Of a DNA stretch of 64,000 nt, positions 49,301 to 59,200 are shown piece by piece. Source of the DNA: an uncultured Thermoplasmata archaeon. GTDB lineage: Archaea; Thermoplasmatota; Thermoplasmata; Halarchaeoplasmatales; Halarchaeoplasmataceae. Location of the stretch: NCBI GenBank assembly GCA_964458595.1, contig CAYWJQ010000006.1, positions 69,776 to 133,775 of the forward strand, written 5' to 3'. The notes beneath the pieces are model-generated. The model worked only from the letters and a program-made list of their open reading frames with translations. It was not told where the DNA came from and ran no database searches. Every line of letters begins with the position of its first letter. Within the stretch, counting starts at the first letter, position 1. Made by a program: the position numbers and the translations under genes.

Positions 49301-49970
49301 CTTCTTTAGTTTTCAGAGGCAGATCTTCATATCTAATGTAACCCTCATTGGTCAGCTCATCGAATCTTTTCTTGTTCTCGGCCACATTTTTGAAAGAACC
49401 GATCTGCCAGAGTTTTTTCCCGATCAGTTCTTCTTTGGAGTAACCGAGAAGCTCCTGGATGTACGGATTCGCATCCTCGATCTCCCCGCTTTCCGCATCG
49501 ATTATCAGCATCCCGTCATGAGCGCTCTCGAATAATCTCCTGTATCTCTCTTCACTTTCTTTTACTTCTTTCTCTGATTTTTTAGACTCCCATTCTTGGA
49601 CTATCGAATCCGCGAGCACTGCGAATTGACTTTTCGGCGACCCTCCTTTCTGTAGGTATCTTTCTGCTCCGAGATTGAGAGCTTTCATCGCGACTTCCTC
49701 TCTACCTTTACCCGTGAATAAGAGGAAAGGGATCTCATTTTTTCTCTCTTCTCTAACTATCTCTAAGAACTCTAGACCGTCGATCTCTGGCATCTGGTAA
49801 TCTGAGACTATGACGTCGAAATCCTCGTCGTCCAATAACTCTAAGGCTTTCTCCGCCGACGAAACAGGGATTATATCCAATCTTTCATCTTCTCTTTCTA
49901 AAAATACCTTAGATTGGTCTAACAGACCTCTTTCGTCGTCCACGAAAAGAACTTTGATATCCTCATGCAT
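46335..49970 (-). CDS. Hybrid sensor histidine kinase (N-terminal receiver, multiple PAS/PAC modules, HisKA and HATPase)
   Basis: Receiver VLFVDDE...DYQMPEIDG; repeated PAS-like units; H-box HSLLRHDIRNK; ATPase G-boxes DDGKGI and GTGLGL; 1211 aa. Confidence 0.85.
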   Translation of the reverse strand: MHEDIKVLFVDDERGLLDQSKVFLEREDERLDIIPVSSAEKALELLDDEDFDVIVSDYQMPEIDGLEFLEIVREERKNEIPFLLFTGKGREEVAMKALNLGAERYLQKGGSPKSQFAVLADSIVQEWESKKSEKEVKESEERYRRLFESAHDGMLIIDAESGEIEDANPYIQELLGYSKEELIGKKLWQIGSFKNVAENKKRFDELTNEGYIRYEDLPLKTKEGEETPVEFVSNTYQVGGKKVVQCNIRDLSDRKIAEKRFEKSERRFKKIYNASPDPTFLLDKEGIFQDVNDAAVKKLGYEKDEILRKSLLEAPFLSEKYQEKTMERFKKRKSGEKIPPYDVELTTKEGDIVHAEINVAVFEEEGFEGEIVIGRDVTKRKKAENELKKTKKRLQMALDTTDTGIWEYNIEDELNVWYESMEKLVGLEPGSTSEHTFDSLLERVHPEDISEAKTYLNEAIESGTLNNVDLRIKHENGQWIWVEIRAEKIEDSEGKERLMGTATDITERKEREVELEKTKEKFQSYVRNAPIGVLVTDLEGEYIEVNDSACEMTGYSEEELIGMNIFDLTPPEHHEKAEESFEELLETGETRIEIPFLKKDGSHGHWIVNVVKLEDQTIAFTEDITKRKEMEEKLIQAKEDYEKLIEGMNDAVFIHDMDGNFLKVNQEAVDRLGYTREELLEKGPGDIDTAEHSKDIKEKIKDIEDKKELIFETVHVTKEGRKIPEEINSSYISYQGEPAVLSVARNIKDRKEREKELNLLYSILRLSQKPEIELENIFGKTAQMIPEAFQYPEVTSAKIVFDDDEYKSEDYEESGRNLKKKLSIDDSVRGSIQVNYLEERPKEDVGIFLEEEVKLLEAVVEILTSIVKREERKQQLIDSEERYRSIIENSVVGVTITDLEDELIFANDRFAEMLGYDKEEIMGKNVSEITSEDVYEKISGKTKSRKEGLSEVYETELKKKNGESVSVIMGATPYRDGKGEVSGTVGYVQDITERKEAKEREEFLHSLLRHDIRNKIQVIEGYLHLMKEEIDFSGDAEEYLLKAEKGVRSSVELIEKIRTLREANNEEIGEISMESTFHDAVGALQDQMMDIEMEITMDCEKDCRVKAGPLLQEVFSNIIENSIKYSEGTKIHIKIEETDDEGICIIEDDGKGISDEKKDKIFQRGFTTDADRGTGLGLFLVDKLINIYDGKIDVKDSELGGARFEVRLKKV

Positions 49971-50209
49971 GGTTTTTTCTTCCTCCCGACCCCACCTTTA
50001 AATTTTTTCTTTAGGTGACTTTATTCTAATACGAAGTCGTGTCTTCTATCCTCCAGTATATTTTACAGCCTCGGTAATATATAAAGTTGATGAGAGAGGT
50101 TTTCGTAAAGATCATCTTCTTGAGAACGGCCGTATAATGGATCGAGAGGTTTTGATGAAAAAAGACCGACAGATTTATCATATAAGCCAGTTATAATCTA
50201 TCTGATAAT

Positions 50210-50653
50210 ATGGGTGAAAAAAGCAGAAATTTGAACACGTACGAAATTGAAGTTTCAAAAAAAGAGGGGTTCGAATCCGAAGCGGAGATAAGAAATTTTA
50301 CATTAACTTCTGACGACTCTGGTAAGCTCGGAGGAAACAACAAGGGACCAACCCCAGTAGAATATCTGTTAGCCTCTCTCGGGACTTGTCTTGAATTCAC
50401 CGGGAATCTGGTCGCAGATCAGATGGGGCACGAGTTGGAAGACTTCAACCTTAAGATCGAAGGAGATCTTGATCCGCGGGGAGTGATGGGTAAAGCAGAC
50501 GTACCCGTAGGGTACCAGGATATACGGGTAAAAATTAGTGAGATCGAAGGTATACCGGAAGAAGATATACAAGAGTTCCTGGAAACCGTGATGGAAAGAT
50601 GCCCTGTAGATAACTCTCTCGAGAATGAAGTAGAAGTGGAATTCGAAAGGTGA
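50210..50653 (+). CDS. OsmC/Ohr family protein
   Basis: GPTPVEYLLASLGTCLEFTG motif; 147 aa. Confidence 0.75.
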   Translation: MGEKSRNLNTYEIEVSKKEGFESEAEIRNFTLTSDDSGKLGGNNKGPTPVEYLLASLGTCLEFTGNLVADQMGHELEDFNLKIEGDLDPRGVMGKADVPVGYQDIRVKISEIEGIPEEDIQEFLETVMERCPVDNSLENEVEVEFER

Positions 50654-50659
50654 ATCATC

Positions 50660-51106
50660 ATGGCTTTAAAGATCGACCCGAATATCTTCGATCCGGAAGA
50701 TCTTGGAGAAAAAACAGCCGAACTGGAGATGGAGCACGAGGAAGCCATCGAATACGTTAGGGAAGTCTGCGAGAACAACGGTTTCGGCATACTGGTCGAG
50801 TTCTCACCTTCAGAAGTGCTGAACAAGAAAGTGGACGCGGATCGTGATCCGTACTACGTCCTCGGTGCCTGTAATCCCGAGGTCGCGGATAGAGCTTTGG
50901 ATCAAACGATGGAGATGGGAGCTCTGTTCCCGTGCAATATGGTCGTTCGGCAGGAAGAACCCGGGCTTCAGACCGTGTACCACGTCTCAATAATGAGGAT
51001 CGCTCGACTTTTAGGGATGGCCCCTGATAACGACGAGTGGGAGGATATAGTTAAGGAAACTGGAAAGAACGTGGAAGCGGTTTTCGATGAGCTCAATTCG
51101 CGGTGA
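50660..51106 (+). CDS. DUF302 family protein
   Basis: YVLGACNPEVA...LFPCNMVV motif pattern. Confidence 0.6.
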   Translation: MALKIDPNIFDPEDLGEKTAELEMEHEEAIEYVREVCENNGFGILVEFSPSEVLNKKVDADRDPYYVLGACNPEVADRALDQTMEMGALFPCNMVVRQEEPGLQTVYHVSIMRIARLLGMAPDNDEWEDIVKETGKNVEAVFDELNSR

Positions 51107-51201
51107 GGAGTAAAAGCAGAACGGATAATGGATAGACTTGGGAACGACATTTTAAAACATCTCTCGATACCGAAGTATCCAGCATCTATTGAGGGAAATA
51201 C

Positions 51202-52028
51202 TTGTCTTTAAGAGAGCGTAAGGAAGAATTAGCCGTTTATATCACTGTAGCGATATTGCTGATATTGACGATCTGGTTCTTTTTTGGCGCTTCTAGAGAA
51301 ACGTTAGATTTTGAAAAAGCTACTATCCTCATAAATAACTCGGAAGGTGAGAAAATCAACATAACCGTCGAGATCGCCGACGAAACGGTGGAACAGAAGC
51401 AGGGTTTGATGCACAGGGACTCGCTATGCGAGGACTGTGGGATGCTGTTCGTATATGATGAGAACGTTAACCACGGTTTCTGGATGAAGAACACTAAGAT
51501 ACCTTTATCTATAGCCTTTATACTTTTGTTAAGGCAGAAAACCCTATGGCTCTGCCGTAGGGATGAAAGCCACTTTCACTCACCCCTATGATGAACACTT
51601 AAATATCTGGGGTTGTATGTTTTAAGTGGAGTTCCAAACACGGGCCTGCAGAAAGTTTGAGAAGACCACTTTTGCAGGCAGGGGCCGATCATGAATCGAC
51701 ATGGTGTTGTGGCGCGGCCCCCTGAGCTGGAAGCGACGACCCGACCTCTGTGTTTGGGTAAAACAAAAGTCGGCGAGCGGAATGCAACTTCCGGGCTTGT
51801 GCAAGGAGTCAATGGCTCCATAGGAAGCCTCACCCTTCTAGGGTGAAGGAGGACGTCACATCAGAAAACGGTACGATAATGGAGATCCAGCACATGGAGC
51901 CCGAAACCATGGAGACTCATACGCCGGCAGAACCCTATCGGTACGCTCTAGAGGTCAACCGTGGATTCTTTGAGGAGAACAGTATCGATATTGGAGACAA
52001 GGTTAAAATACCGGATAGATATAAATGA
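51202..52028 (+). pseudogene. DUF192-family gene split into two reading frames by a GC-rich structured insert of about 335 bp
   Basis: N-terminal part (51202-51522) carries QGLMHRDSL...GMLFVYDE...FWMKNTKIPLSIAFI; C-terminal part (from about 51858) carries ENGTIMEIQHMEP...PYRYALEVNRGFF...IDIGDKVKI in a different frame. Confidence 0.55.
51523..51857. other. GC-rich, hairpin-dense insert inside the DUF192 gene (candidate MITE, intron or embedded ncRNA)
   Basis: Local GC visibly higher than the flanks; hairpins ccctatgg-ctctg-ccgtaggg (51542-51562), ctgcagaaag/cttttgcag (about 51647-51685), cacccttctagggtg (51831-51845); 5' cctatgg (51543) is complementary to 3' ccatagg (51818). Confidence 0.4.
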
Positions 52029-52095
52029 TCGAGGGATTAGAATAAGTTCGGGTTTAAAGACTTTCAATACCGCTGCCTAAGATCCGTTTATATGA

Positions 52096-52752
52096 TCATC
52101 TCACTTCGACTTTGATATCCGTTTGTTTTTCCAACCTATCTTTGAATTCCTTCGGATCAGCGTCTCTCTCGTGGAAAGGCACCGCTACATCCGGTTCGAT
52201 CACTTTAGCGGCCTCTATCGCTTCCTCTATATCCATGGTGTAGGTCCCGTCTATCGGTAAAAATGCGGTATGTATTCCATCAAGATGGACCATCTCCGGT
52301 ATATTCTCGGTATCTCCCGGATGATAGATGGTTTTTCCCTCTGCAGTTATCAAGTAGCCGACACCTTCACCTTTAGGGTGAAACGGCTCGCCGGAATCTC
52401 TTTTTCTTTTGCGGTTGTAAGCGTGTACCGCTCTAACGTCTATGTCGTCCAATTCCACGGAATCTCCGGGATCGACCGTGATGAAATCACTCTCTATCTT
52501 GTCAGAGCAGATCTCGGGTGCTACTATCTTGGTATCTTCGTCCAAGATATGTTGAAAAGTCGAAGGATCGCAGTGGTCGTGATGGTCGTGGGTTATCAGT
52601 AACACATCAGCCTTCTCTCCCTTCTCATAAGATTCCTTCACCTCGTCCGGCATCGAGTCAGAGTAGTACGGGTCGATATAGGCGGTTTTATCTTCAGTTC
52701 CTATCTTTATGGACGAGTGACCGATCCTATCTATTTCAACCATGTCTTTCAC
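52096..52752 (-). CDS. Metallo-beta-lactamase-fold metal-dependent hydrolase
   Basis: HxHxDH motif LLITHDHHDHCD; 218 aa. Confidence 0.8.
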   Translation of the reverse strand: MKDMVEIDRIGHSSIKIGTEDKTAYIDPYYSDSMPDEVKESYEKGEKADVLLITHDHHDHCDPSTFQHILDEDTKIVAPEICSDKIESDFITVDPGDSVELDDIDVRAVHAYNRKRKRDSGEPFHPKGEGVGYLITAEGKTIYHPGDTENIPEMVHLDGIHTAFLPIDGTYTMDIEEAIEAAKVIEPDVAVPFHERDADPKEFKDRLEKQTDIKVEVR

Positions 52753-52803
52753 CGTAAAAGTAGAATTTTTTCTCGCTAATAAATCTAATGTAAGATATTG
52801 AAC

Positions 52804-53307
52804 TTACCTGATCCGATCGAGTTTTCTAGAGTACTTCTCCAGCTCTTCTATATGTTCTTCTTCCTCTTGCATTAGTTCTGAAAGTATTTCAAAAAATTCG
52901 TCGGGATCGTCTCCTTCCCAGACTCTTTCTACAAACTCTTGAGATGTGTTCGAGTATATCTTTTCGTAAAGGTCATGAGCCAATTTATCGTTCTCATAAA
53001 CTTCGTACAAGATCTCCACGTCTTGAGAGTGTTTTTCAAAGCTTACGGATTCACGGGCTCGAGAATTTTGCTTGATAGTTTCTAGATCGAGTCCCTTTAG
53101 ATTTGAAATCAATCCCTTCAAATTACCTTTGTGTCCTTCCGACTCGTGAGATAACTCAAAGAGGGTATCCTTGTATTTATCATCTACAGAAGTATAAGCT
53201 TCCCATTGTGTCACGCCTTCAAACTCGGATTCGATCCAGTACGCTCTCGCCAACAGCGATTCGAGTTCGTCCAAGGTTTCAATAACTACTTCTTTTGAGG
53301 GAGACAT
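52804..53307 (-). CDS. Ferritin-like/rubrerythrin-like diiron protein
   Basis: Paired E...ExxH motifs (YWIESE, SHESEGH, QEEEEHIEE). Confidence 0.5.
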   Translation of the reverse strand: MSPSKEVVIETLDELESLLARAYWIESEFEGVTQWEAYTSVDDKYKDTLFELSHESEGHKGNLKGLISNLKGLDLETIKQNSRARESVSFEKHSQDVEILYEVYENDKLAHDLYEKIYSNTSQEFVERVWEGDDPDEFFEILSELMQEEEEHIEELEKYSRKLDRIR

Positions 53308-53614
53308 GTTTATCTGAAGTTATTTCTGACATTATATAAGTTTTGGAGTGACTAGGAGAATATATTAGAGTGTTTGTGCTAGATCGTCTTCGACTGTATC
53401 ACTTTTTCGGGTTCTAGAACTTTAACTGCTTATATCGCCTTCTCTATATCTATGGTGTAAGTCCAGTCTATTGATAAGGATTTTGTGTGTATCTCTTTTA
53501 GAGCCTCCATCATTCGATTACTATGAAGGTCGGTGATAGATTTTGAAAAGCCTGCGTCATTGAAAAATTTGAATTTGGTAAAAATCTAAATATCGACGAT
53601 GGATAAAAAAAGCC

Positions 53615-54904
53615 ATGAGTGAAGATTGGATCCGCGATTTTTCGAGATACGTCAGGAAACGATTTCCTTCACTTGATAACGAAGTAAATGGACAGCCAAT
53701 CGCCTATCTGGATGGACCCGGTGGGTATCAGGTACCACGACGTGTTATGGATGCCGTAGAAGATTACCTTACAAATTTTAACGCGAATAGGCACGGGCAG
53801 TTTAAAACTAGCCAGAAAACTGATGAAATCATCTTGAACGCTAGAAAGATATTTGCCGATTTCTTCAATTGTTCGGAGAAAGAAGTGATCTTCGGAGGGA
53901 ACATGACCACACTGAATTTCATGTTAGCGCAGGCTCTTAAAAAAGAAATAGAGGAAGGAGAAAAGATCCTCATAACCCAATTGGATCACGCGGGAAACAG
54001 GACTCCCTGGGAGACGCTAGAAGATCAGGGTGTGATAGTGGAAGAGGTCGAGATAGATACGGATGATCTGACCCTCGATATGGATGATTTTCGGTCTAAA
54101 CTGACCGAAGATACCGGATTGGTCGCGGTCACTTACGGCTCCAACGCGGTAGGAACAGTTCCCGACGTCAAGGAGATGATTCAAGAATCTCATGATGTAG
54201 GCGCTTATACCGTGGTAGACGCGGTCCATTACGCCGCTCACTTCCCGATAGACGTGAAAGATATAGACACGGATTTCTTACTATGTTCAGCCTACAAGTT
54301 CTTCGGTCCCCATATAGGTATCATGTACGCTAAGAAGGATATCCTTTCCCGGTTGGACACTCTTAAAGTCAGACCTCAAAAAGATACGCCGCCGGATAAA
54401 TTCGAGACCGGTACGCTCAACCACGAAGGCATCGCCGGTGCGAAGGAAGCGTTTCAGTTTATCGCAGACGCGGGAGACAAGTTTTCGTCACAGCTGGACA
54501 AAGAAGTATCTGACTCTACTTCGGAGAGAAGAAAAAACATAGTCGCTGGATTGAAGATATTTGAAAAATATGAGCGAGTTTTGACCGATAGATTGGTGGA
54601 CGGTCTGTTAGAGATACCGGAAATACAGTTGTATAGACCTCCAAAAGATGTGCAGAGTACATCTACGGTTTCGTTCACACACGAAAGATACAGTCCTGAG
54701 CAGATAGCCTCGTATCTCGCTGATAGAGGTATATTCGTGTGGGACGGCGATTTTTACGCTACCAGGTTGGTCGAAGTTTTGGGTCTGCAGGATGAAGGAG
54801 GCCTGGTCAGGATAGGTATTTCACCCTATAATACTGAGGAGGAAATCGATAGGACCGTAGAGGCTCTTAGAGATACTGAATCGTTGAGAGAAGAACTCGA
54901 TTAA
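53615..54904 (+). CDS. Class V aminotransferase / cysteine desulfurase-like PLP enzyme
   Basis: PLP-lysine context LLCSAYKFFGPH; 429 aa. Confidence 0.75.
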   Translation: MSEDWIRDFSRYVRKRFPSLDNEVNGQPIAYLDGPGGYQVPRRVMDAVEDYLTNFNANRHGQFKTSQKTDEIILNARKIFADFFNCSEKEVIFGGNMTTLNFMLAQALKKEIEEGEKILITQLDHAGNRTPWETLEDQGVIVEEVEIDTDDLTLDMDDFRSKLTEDTGLVAVTYGSNAVGTVPDVKEMIQESHDVGAYTVVDAVHYAAHFPIDVKDIDTDFLLCSAYKFFGPHIGIMYAKKDILSRLDTLKVRPQKDTPPDKFETGTLNHEGIAGAKEAFQFIADAGDKFSSQLDKEVSDSTSERRKNIVAGLKIFEKYERVLTDRLVDGLLEIPEIQLYRPPKDVQSTSTVSFTHERYSPEQIASYLADRGIFVWDGDFYATRLVEVLGLQDEGGLVRIGISPYNTEEEIDRTVEALRDTESLREELD

Positions 54905-55953
54905 AGATATTTGAAGCTGGATCCCGTTAGAGGGATCAAAACTTTTTCACCTTTATCGAATTGCTGTTTGGTTTGAAGATCTTTGAAAGCGGCGTAAGCT
55001 GTGGCGGAAGTAGATTCGACCAGAAAGCCCATCTTTGCCAGCTCACGTTGAGCCCGCTCGATCTTTTCGTCACTTACGGATACCGAAAAACCATTGGTTT
55101 CCTTCAGTACTTCTTTCATCTGATCCTTTCTGGGCGGGTCCGTGATCTCTATACCCTTCGCCAATTCGCTTTTTTCCTCACTTTTCTTTTTAAGGCTTTC
55201 AAATCCTTTCCCCTCGACAGCTATCAGTTTGGGTATCTCTTCCATCACTCTGAATTGTTCAAGCTCTTTAAAGCCCTTATATAATCCTAAAAGTAGTGTT
55301 CCGCTGCCCGTCGGGACTAAAACCTGATCTATGTCCATTCTCTCTCCGATCTCGTATGCTGTTATTTTCGTACCCTCGATAAAAAAGGGATTTAACCAAT
55401 GTGAAACGTATTGTCCGCGATCGAAATTCAGAGCTTTTTCATGAACGTCCATCCTCGACCCGGGGATTTTATGTATCTCCGGATCCAAAATATTCAAGAT
55501 CTTTTCTTTCGTTTTAGAGATCCCTTCGGGTACAAAGATATGGGTTTTCATCCCCTCCGCTCCGGCATACAAAGCGAGACTTATCGCCGCATTTCCGGAC
55601 GAATCCAAACTGACTTCTTCGATCCCGTTCTCCTTCAACTTCGCTATCGTCGCGTAAGTCCCCCTATCTTTGAAAGAGCCGCTGGGCATCAGATATTCCA
55701 ATTTGAAGACGACGATCACATCGTCGATCGTTTTTTCGATGTTAGGTGTGATAGATGGAGTAAGATCCGGGATATATTCTTTTTTTATCGGTAAGAAATC
55801 GAGATATCGTTCAGTGTCCGATTCTTCAGGATTCAGTAGCTCTTCGAACGAACGCGTGAATTCATTTTCTACTTCTAGGGTCCCACCGCAGTCACATCTC
55901 AATCGGAAATCATCGGGATAGTTTTGGTCGCAGTTTAGGCATTTCATCACCAT
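54901..55953 (-). CDS. Threonine synthase-like fold-type II PLP enzyme with N-terminal zinc ribbon
   Basis: N-terminal CLNCDQ...CDCGG ribbon; PLP-lysine motif PSGSFKDRG. Confidence 0.65.
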   Translation of the reverse strand: MVMKCLNCDQNYPDDFRLRCDCGGTLEVENEFTRSFEELLNPEESDTERYLDFLPIKKEYIPDLTPSITPNIEKTIDDVIVVFKLEYLMPSGSFKDRGTYATIAKLKENGIEEVSLDSSGNAAISLALYAGAEGMKTHIFVPEGISKTKEKILNILDPEIHKIPGSRMDVHEKALNFDRGQYVSHWLNPFFIEGTKITAYEIGERMDIDQVLVPTGSGTLLLGLYKGFKELEQFRVMEEIPKLIAVEGKGFESLKKKSEEKSELAKGIEITDPPRKDQMKEVLKETNGFSVSVSDEKIERAQRELAKMGFLVESTSATAYAAFKDLQTKQQFDKGEKVLIPLTGSSFKYL

Positions 55954-56249
55954 ACCGATCCCTGTATAGTATATTCTAGTTATAGGTTTTACTTCTTATA
56001 ATTTTTAGTCACTAATTGAATATCTCGACAAAAACTGGTACTATCTACGAAAAAATTTTCTTAAGGGGCTAAGGATGGACCAAAAAGGAAAACTATAAAA
56101 ATAATATTTTTTAAATTTAAATAAGTCATTTGTCTAAAAATTAAACTAAAAAATATTTTTCTAAACCCACTTCATAAGAATATAACAGTATTTATATCAG
56201 TAAAATATAAATAATTGTTTTTTTTAACACCTACCGTCGGGTCGAAAAA

Positions 56250-59200
56250 ATGAAAAGTAAACTGCTACAACTTACGGTTTGCGTGGTGATCGGGATCCTA
56301 GCTTTAACTGCCTTCTCTCCAGTAGCTAGAGGAGGAGTGTCTAAAGAATTAGAAGATTCGGTAGAAGATAGGGACGGCAATTTGCATAGTGCTTATATTG
56401 AGAATAAAAATATATATTATAAATTCGAAAGCGCAGATGGCAGAGATGAATTTAAGATTTTAATAAAGCAATGCAAATCTAAAGTTTGTAAGGCAAGACT
56501 GTCTATCGACGATAGTTTGATATACATCTCATGGTTGAGTTGTCATAGAGGGGAGTTAGAAATAAATTACTGCGGGGCTGAACTCGACTCTATCCGCGAT
56601 TGGACCTCAACTAGAACGGTAGATGCTGAGTTCAACAACATCTTGGATTATGATCTTCGGGTGAAAAAAGGTAGAATGAAAGTGATCCATGATGGAGAAA
56701 AATTGATGGAATGGCTGGGAGATATCGATGGTGACTTCATACCTGATATAGTAGACAAAGCCCCTGCAGGATATGATTTTGATGAGAGCTCGGTAACGGC
56801 GGACTTTGTCAAAAGTTATGAGGATATGGGGGTATCTCTGGGTGTTTATATACCTGAATCGGCTTGGAGAAGACCTGTTTTTTATAAGCGGACGATCAAA
56901 GTCGTGAGAAATGGGGATCGATTTTCTATAAGAGGGAACTTGCCTCGTGGAACTGAGCTATCCTTAAAATACAGAGGTGAAGATTTTTCCGATGAAGCCA
57001 GATTCTATAGAAAAGATTTTAGATCATATAAACCTGTCGAGAGCGGGATTGACGGACCAAACGATTATATATGGCTCGAGACCGACCGGACGGGGAGATA
57101 TACCATAAAAGATGCATCTAAAAGAGATTTTGACTCTGACGGGTTATCTGACCTCGTAGAGCTTTCTTCACCATCTGATAGAACTTTGACTGAAAAAGAT
57201 TTTTCATCAACCAAATTCGAAACTAATTCTATTTCCAAGCTCGTATTCGACAGAAATACACATGGAAACCTCTTCTGCAGCAGAGCATATATAGAATTGA
57301 AAAATATGGATGGTGAGAGTATTGACGGACTCGAGGTAGACGTCGGGAATGATGGTAAAACGGACTGGGAAGCCGTTGGGACCGTGAAAAACGAAGTGTC
57401 ATTCGGGAGGTTGAAGCTCGGCATCAACCTTTATTGGTTCAACCATTACGTCAATGAAAAGCCGAACGAAGTTACGATCCCGATAAGATTCGAGTCGATG
57501 GAAAACAGAGATGTAAAGATCACCGATGCCGAGATAGAATTTGAAGGTGTAGATACCAGCCCAGTTAAAGCTGATACAAATGGAGACGGTCTTTTGGATG
57601 GCTGGAAAGACGTCGACGGCGATATGGAATTTGAAAGAAAAGGTGAAGATGGTGTTTTAGCTACCTCTGACGACGAGACCCCTGGGGCCTTAGTCCGAGG
57701 TTTGGATCCAACCGAACTCGAGTATATGGGCAGGAAAGGAAGAGTGAGCTGGAACAGATACAAAAAAGGTGTCAATCAGGCGAATGGTAATCTATTCCTG
57801 AGCCATAACGACCTAAGTATAGATGCTCTTGGAATTAACATGGGCATAGGGAGACATTACAACAGTTTCGATCACGATAGAAAAGGCCCGCTCGGATATG
57901 GTTGGACGATGAATTATTTCGCAAACATCGTACCTTCAGAAGGAGATTTCGTCACATACTTTAACGGTGAGGGAACTGAATACAGGTTTGAATCTTTGGG
58001 AGGAGGTGATTATGAATCTCCCCACGGCTGCGGTTTCGATCTGGTCCGTGAAGAAGATGCATACAAACTGCGCTCCCCCTCTGGAAAGGTAAAAATATTC
58101 GATGAAAAGGGCAGATTGGCGCGTATCGAAGACAGGAACGAAAACTCACTCCACTTCACTTACGGTGAGAATGGAAATCTAAAAGAGGTGGAAGATGACT
58201 CCGGTTTGAGAATTGAACTTTATTATGAAGACGGAAAGTTGGTAAAAGTGAAGGGCCCGATAGGAAGGACCTGTCAATACGAATACAGCAAAGGCAGATT
58301 GACCAAATTCATCAATGCCGGCGGCAACGAGTACAGGTATATATACGGTCGAGATGATCTGCTGAAGACCATAATAAATCCCGTCGGATTATTCAAGTAC
58401 TATGATTATTCTTATTCTGGTCTACCCAAAGTCGAGAGGATAGTGAAAGGGAAGTATGAGAACGGGATGTACATGAATTATCATGTCGACTTTGAAGCCG
58501 ATTATGCCTATCCCTCTCATACCGCTTGGAAAGACGGAGAAGGTAATGAGATAACGAACAGTTTCGGTAAAGGCGGGGCCATGATAAAACACGAGAACCC
58601 CGACGGAACCGTTTCCTATCTAGAATATGACCTAGATCACGATCGTGTGAGGGTCGTTGATAAGAAAGGTTATGTTTGGCACAACGAATTCGGTCCGATG
58701 GGTAAAATCGTGAAGTCGAAGGATTCCACCGGAAACGTGACGAAAAAAGATTGGAAGAGAGTCGCCAACTCCGACGAATATATATGCGTAAAAGAATCTT
58801 CGACGGACAAGAGAGGCTACACGAGAGAAAGAAACTACGGCGAAGATTTCGATCTCAAGAGCACTGTGAAGAAAGACGGTGCGAGATACAGATATGTAAG
58901 GAATGACAAAGGTCAGCTGACTAAGTTGATAAAGCCTAACGGCGCCGTGACAAGATACGAGTACGACGAACACGGCAACAGGATAAAGAAGATCAACGCT
59001 TTAGGTCATGAGACTAGATATGTTTACAACGAGATAGGTTGGAAGAAGAAAGTGATCAAACCTAACGGTGCTGTTACGAAGTTCGAATATAACGAGCTTG
59101 GTGAAAGGACCAAGATAATAGACGATAAAGGCAACGTTATAAAGAAAGAATACGACGCGGTAGGGAATCTAGTGAAAAAGGTGAATAAAAGAGGGGGCGT

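Noticed and set aside
51523-51857. Calling the GC-rich insert SRP RNA, RNase P RNA or a group I/II intron
   Set aside because: I could not find the conserved SRP helix-8 or RNase P P4/CR motifs by eye, and the length is short for a group II intron; left as an unclassified structured insert.
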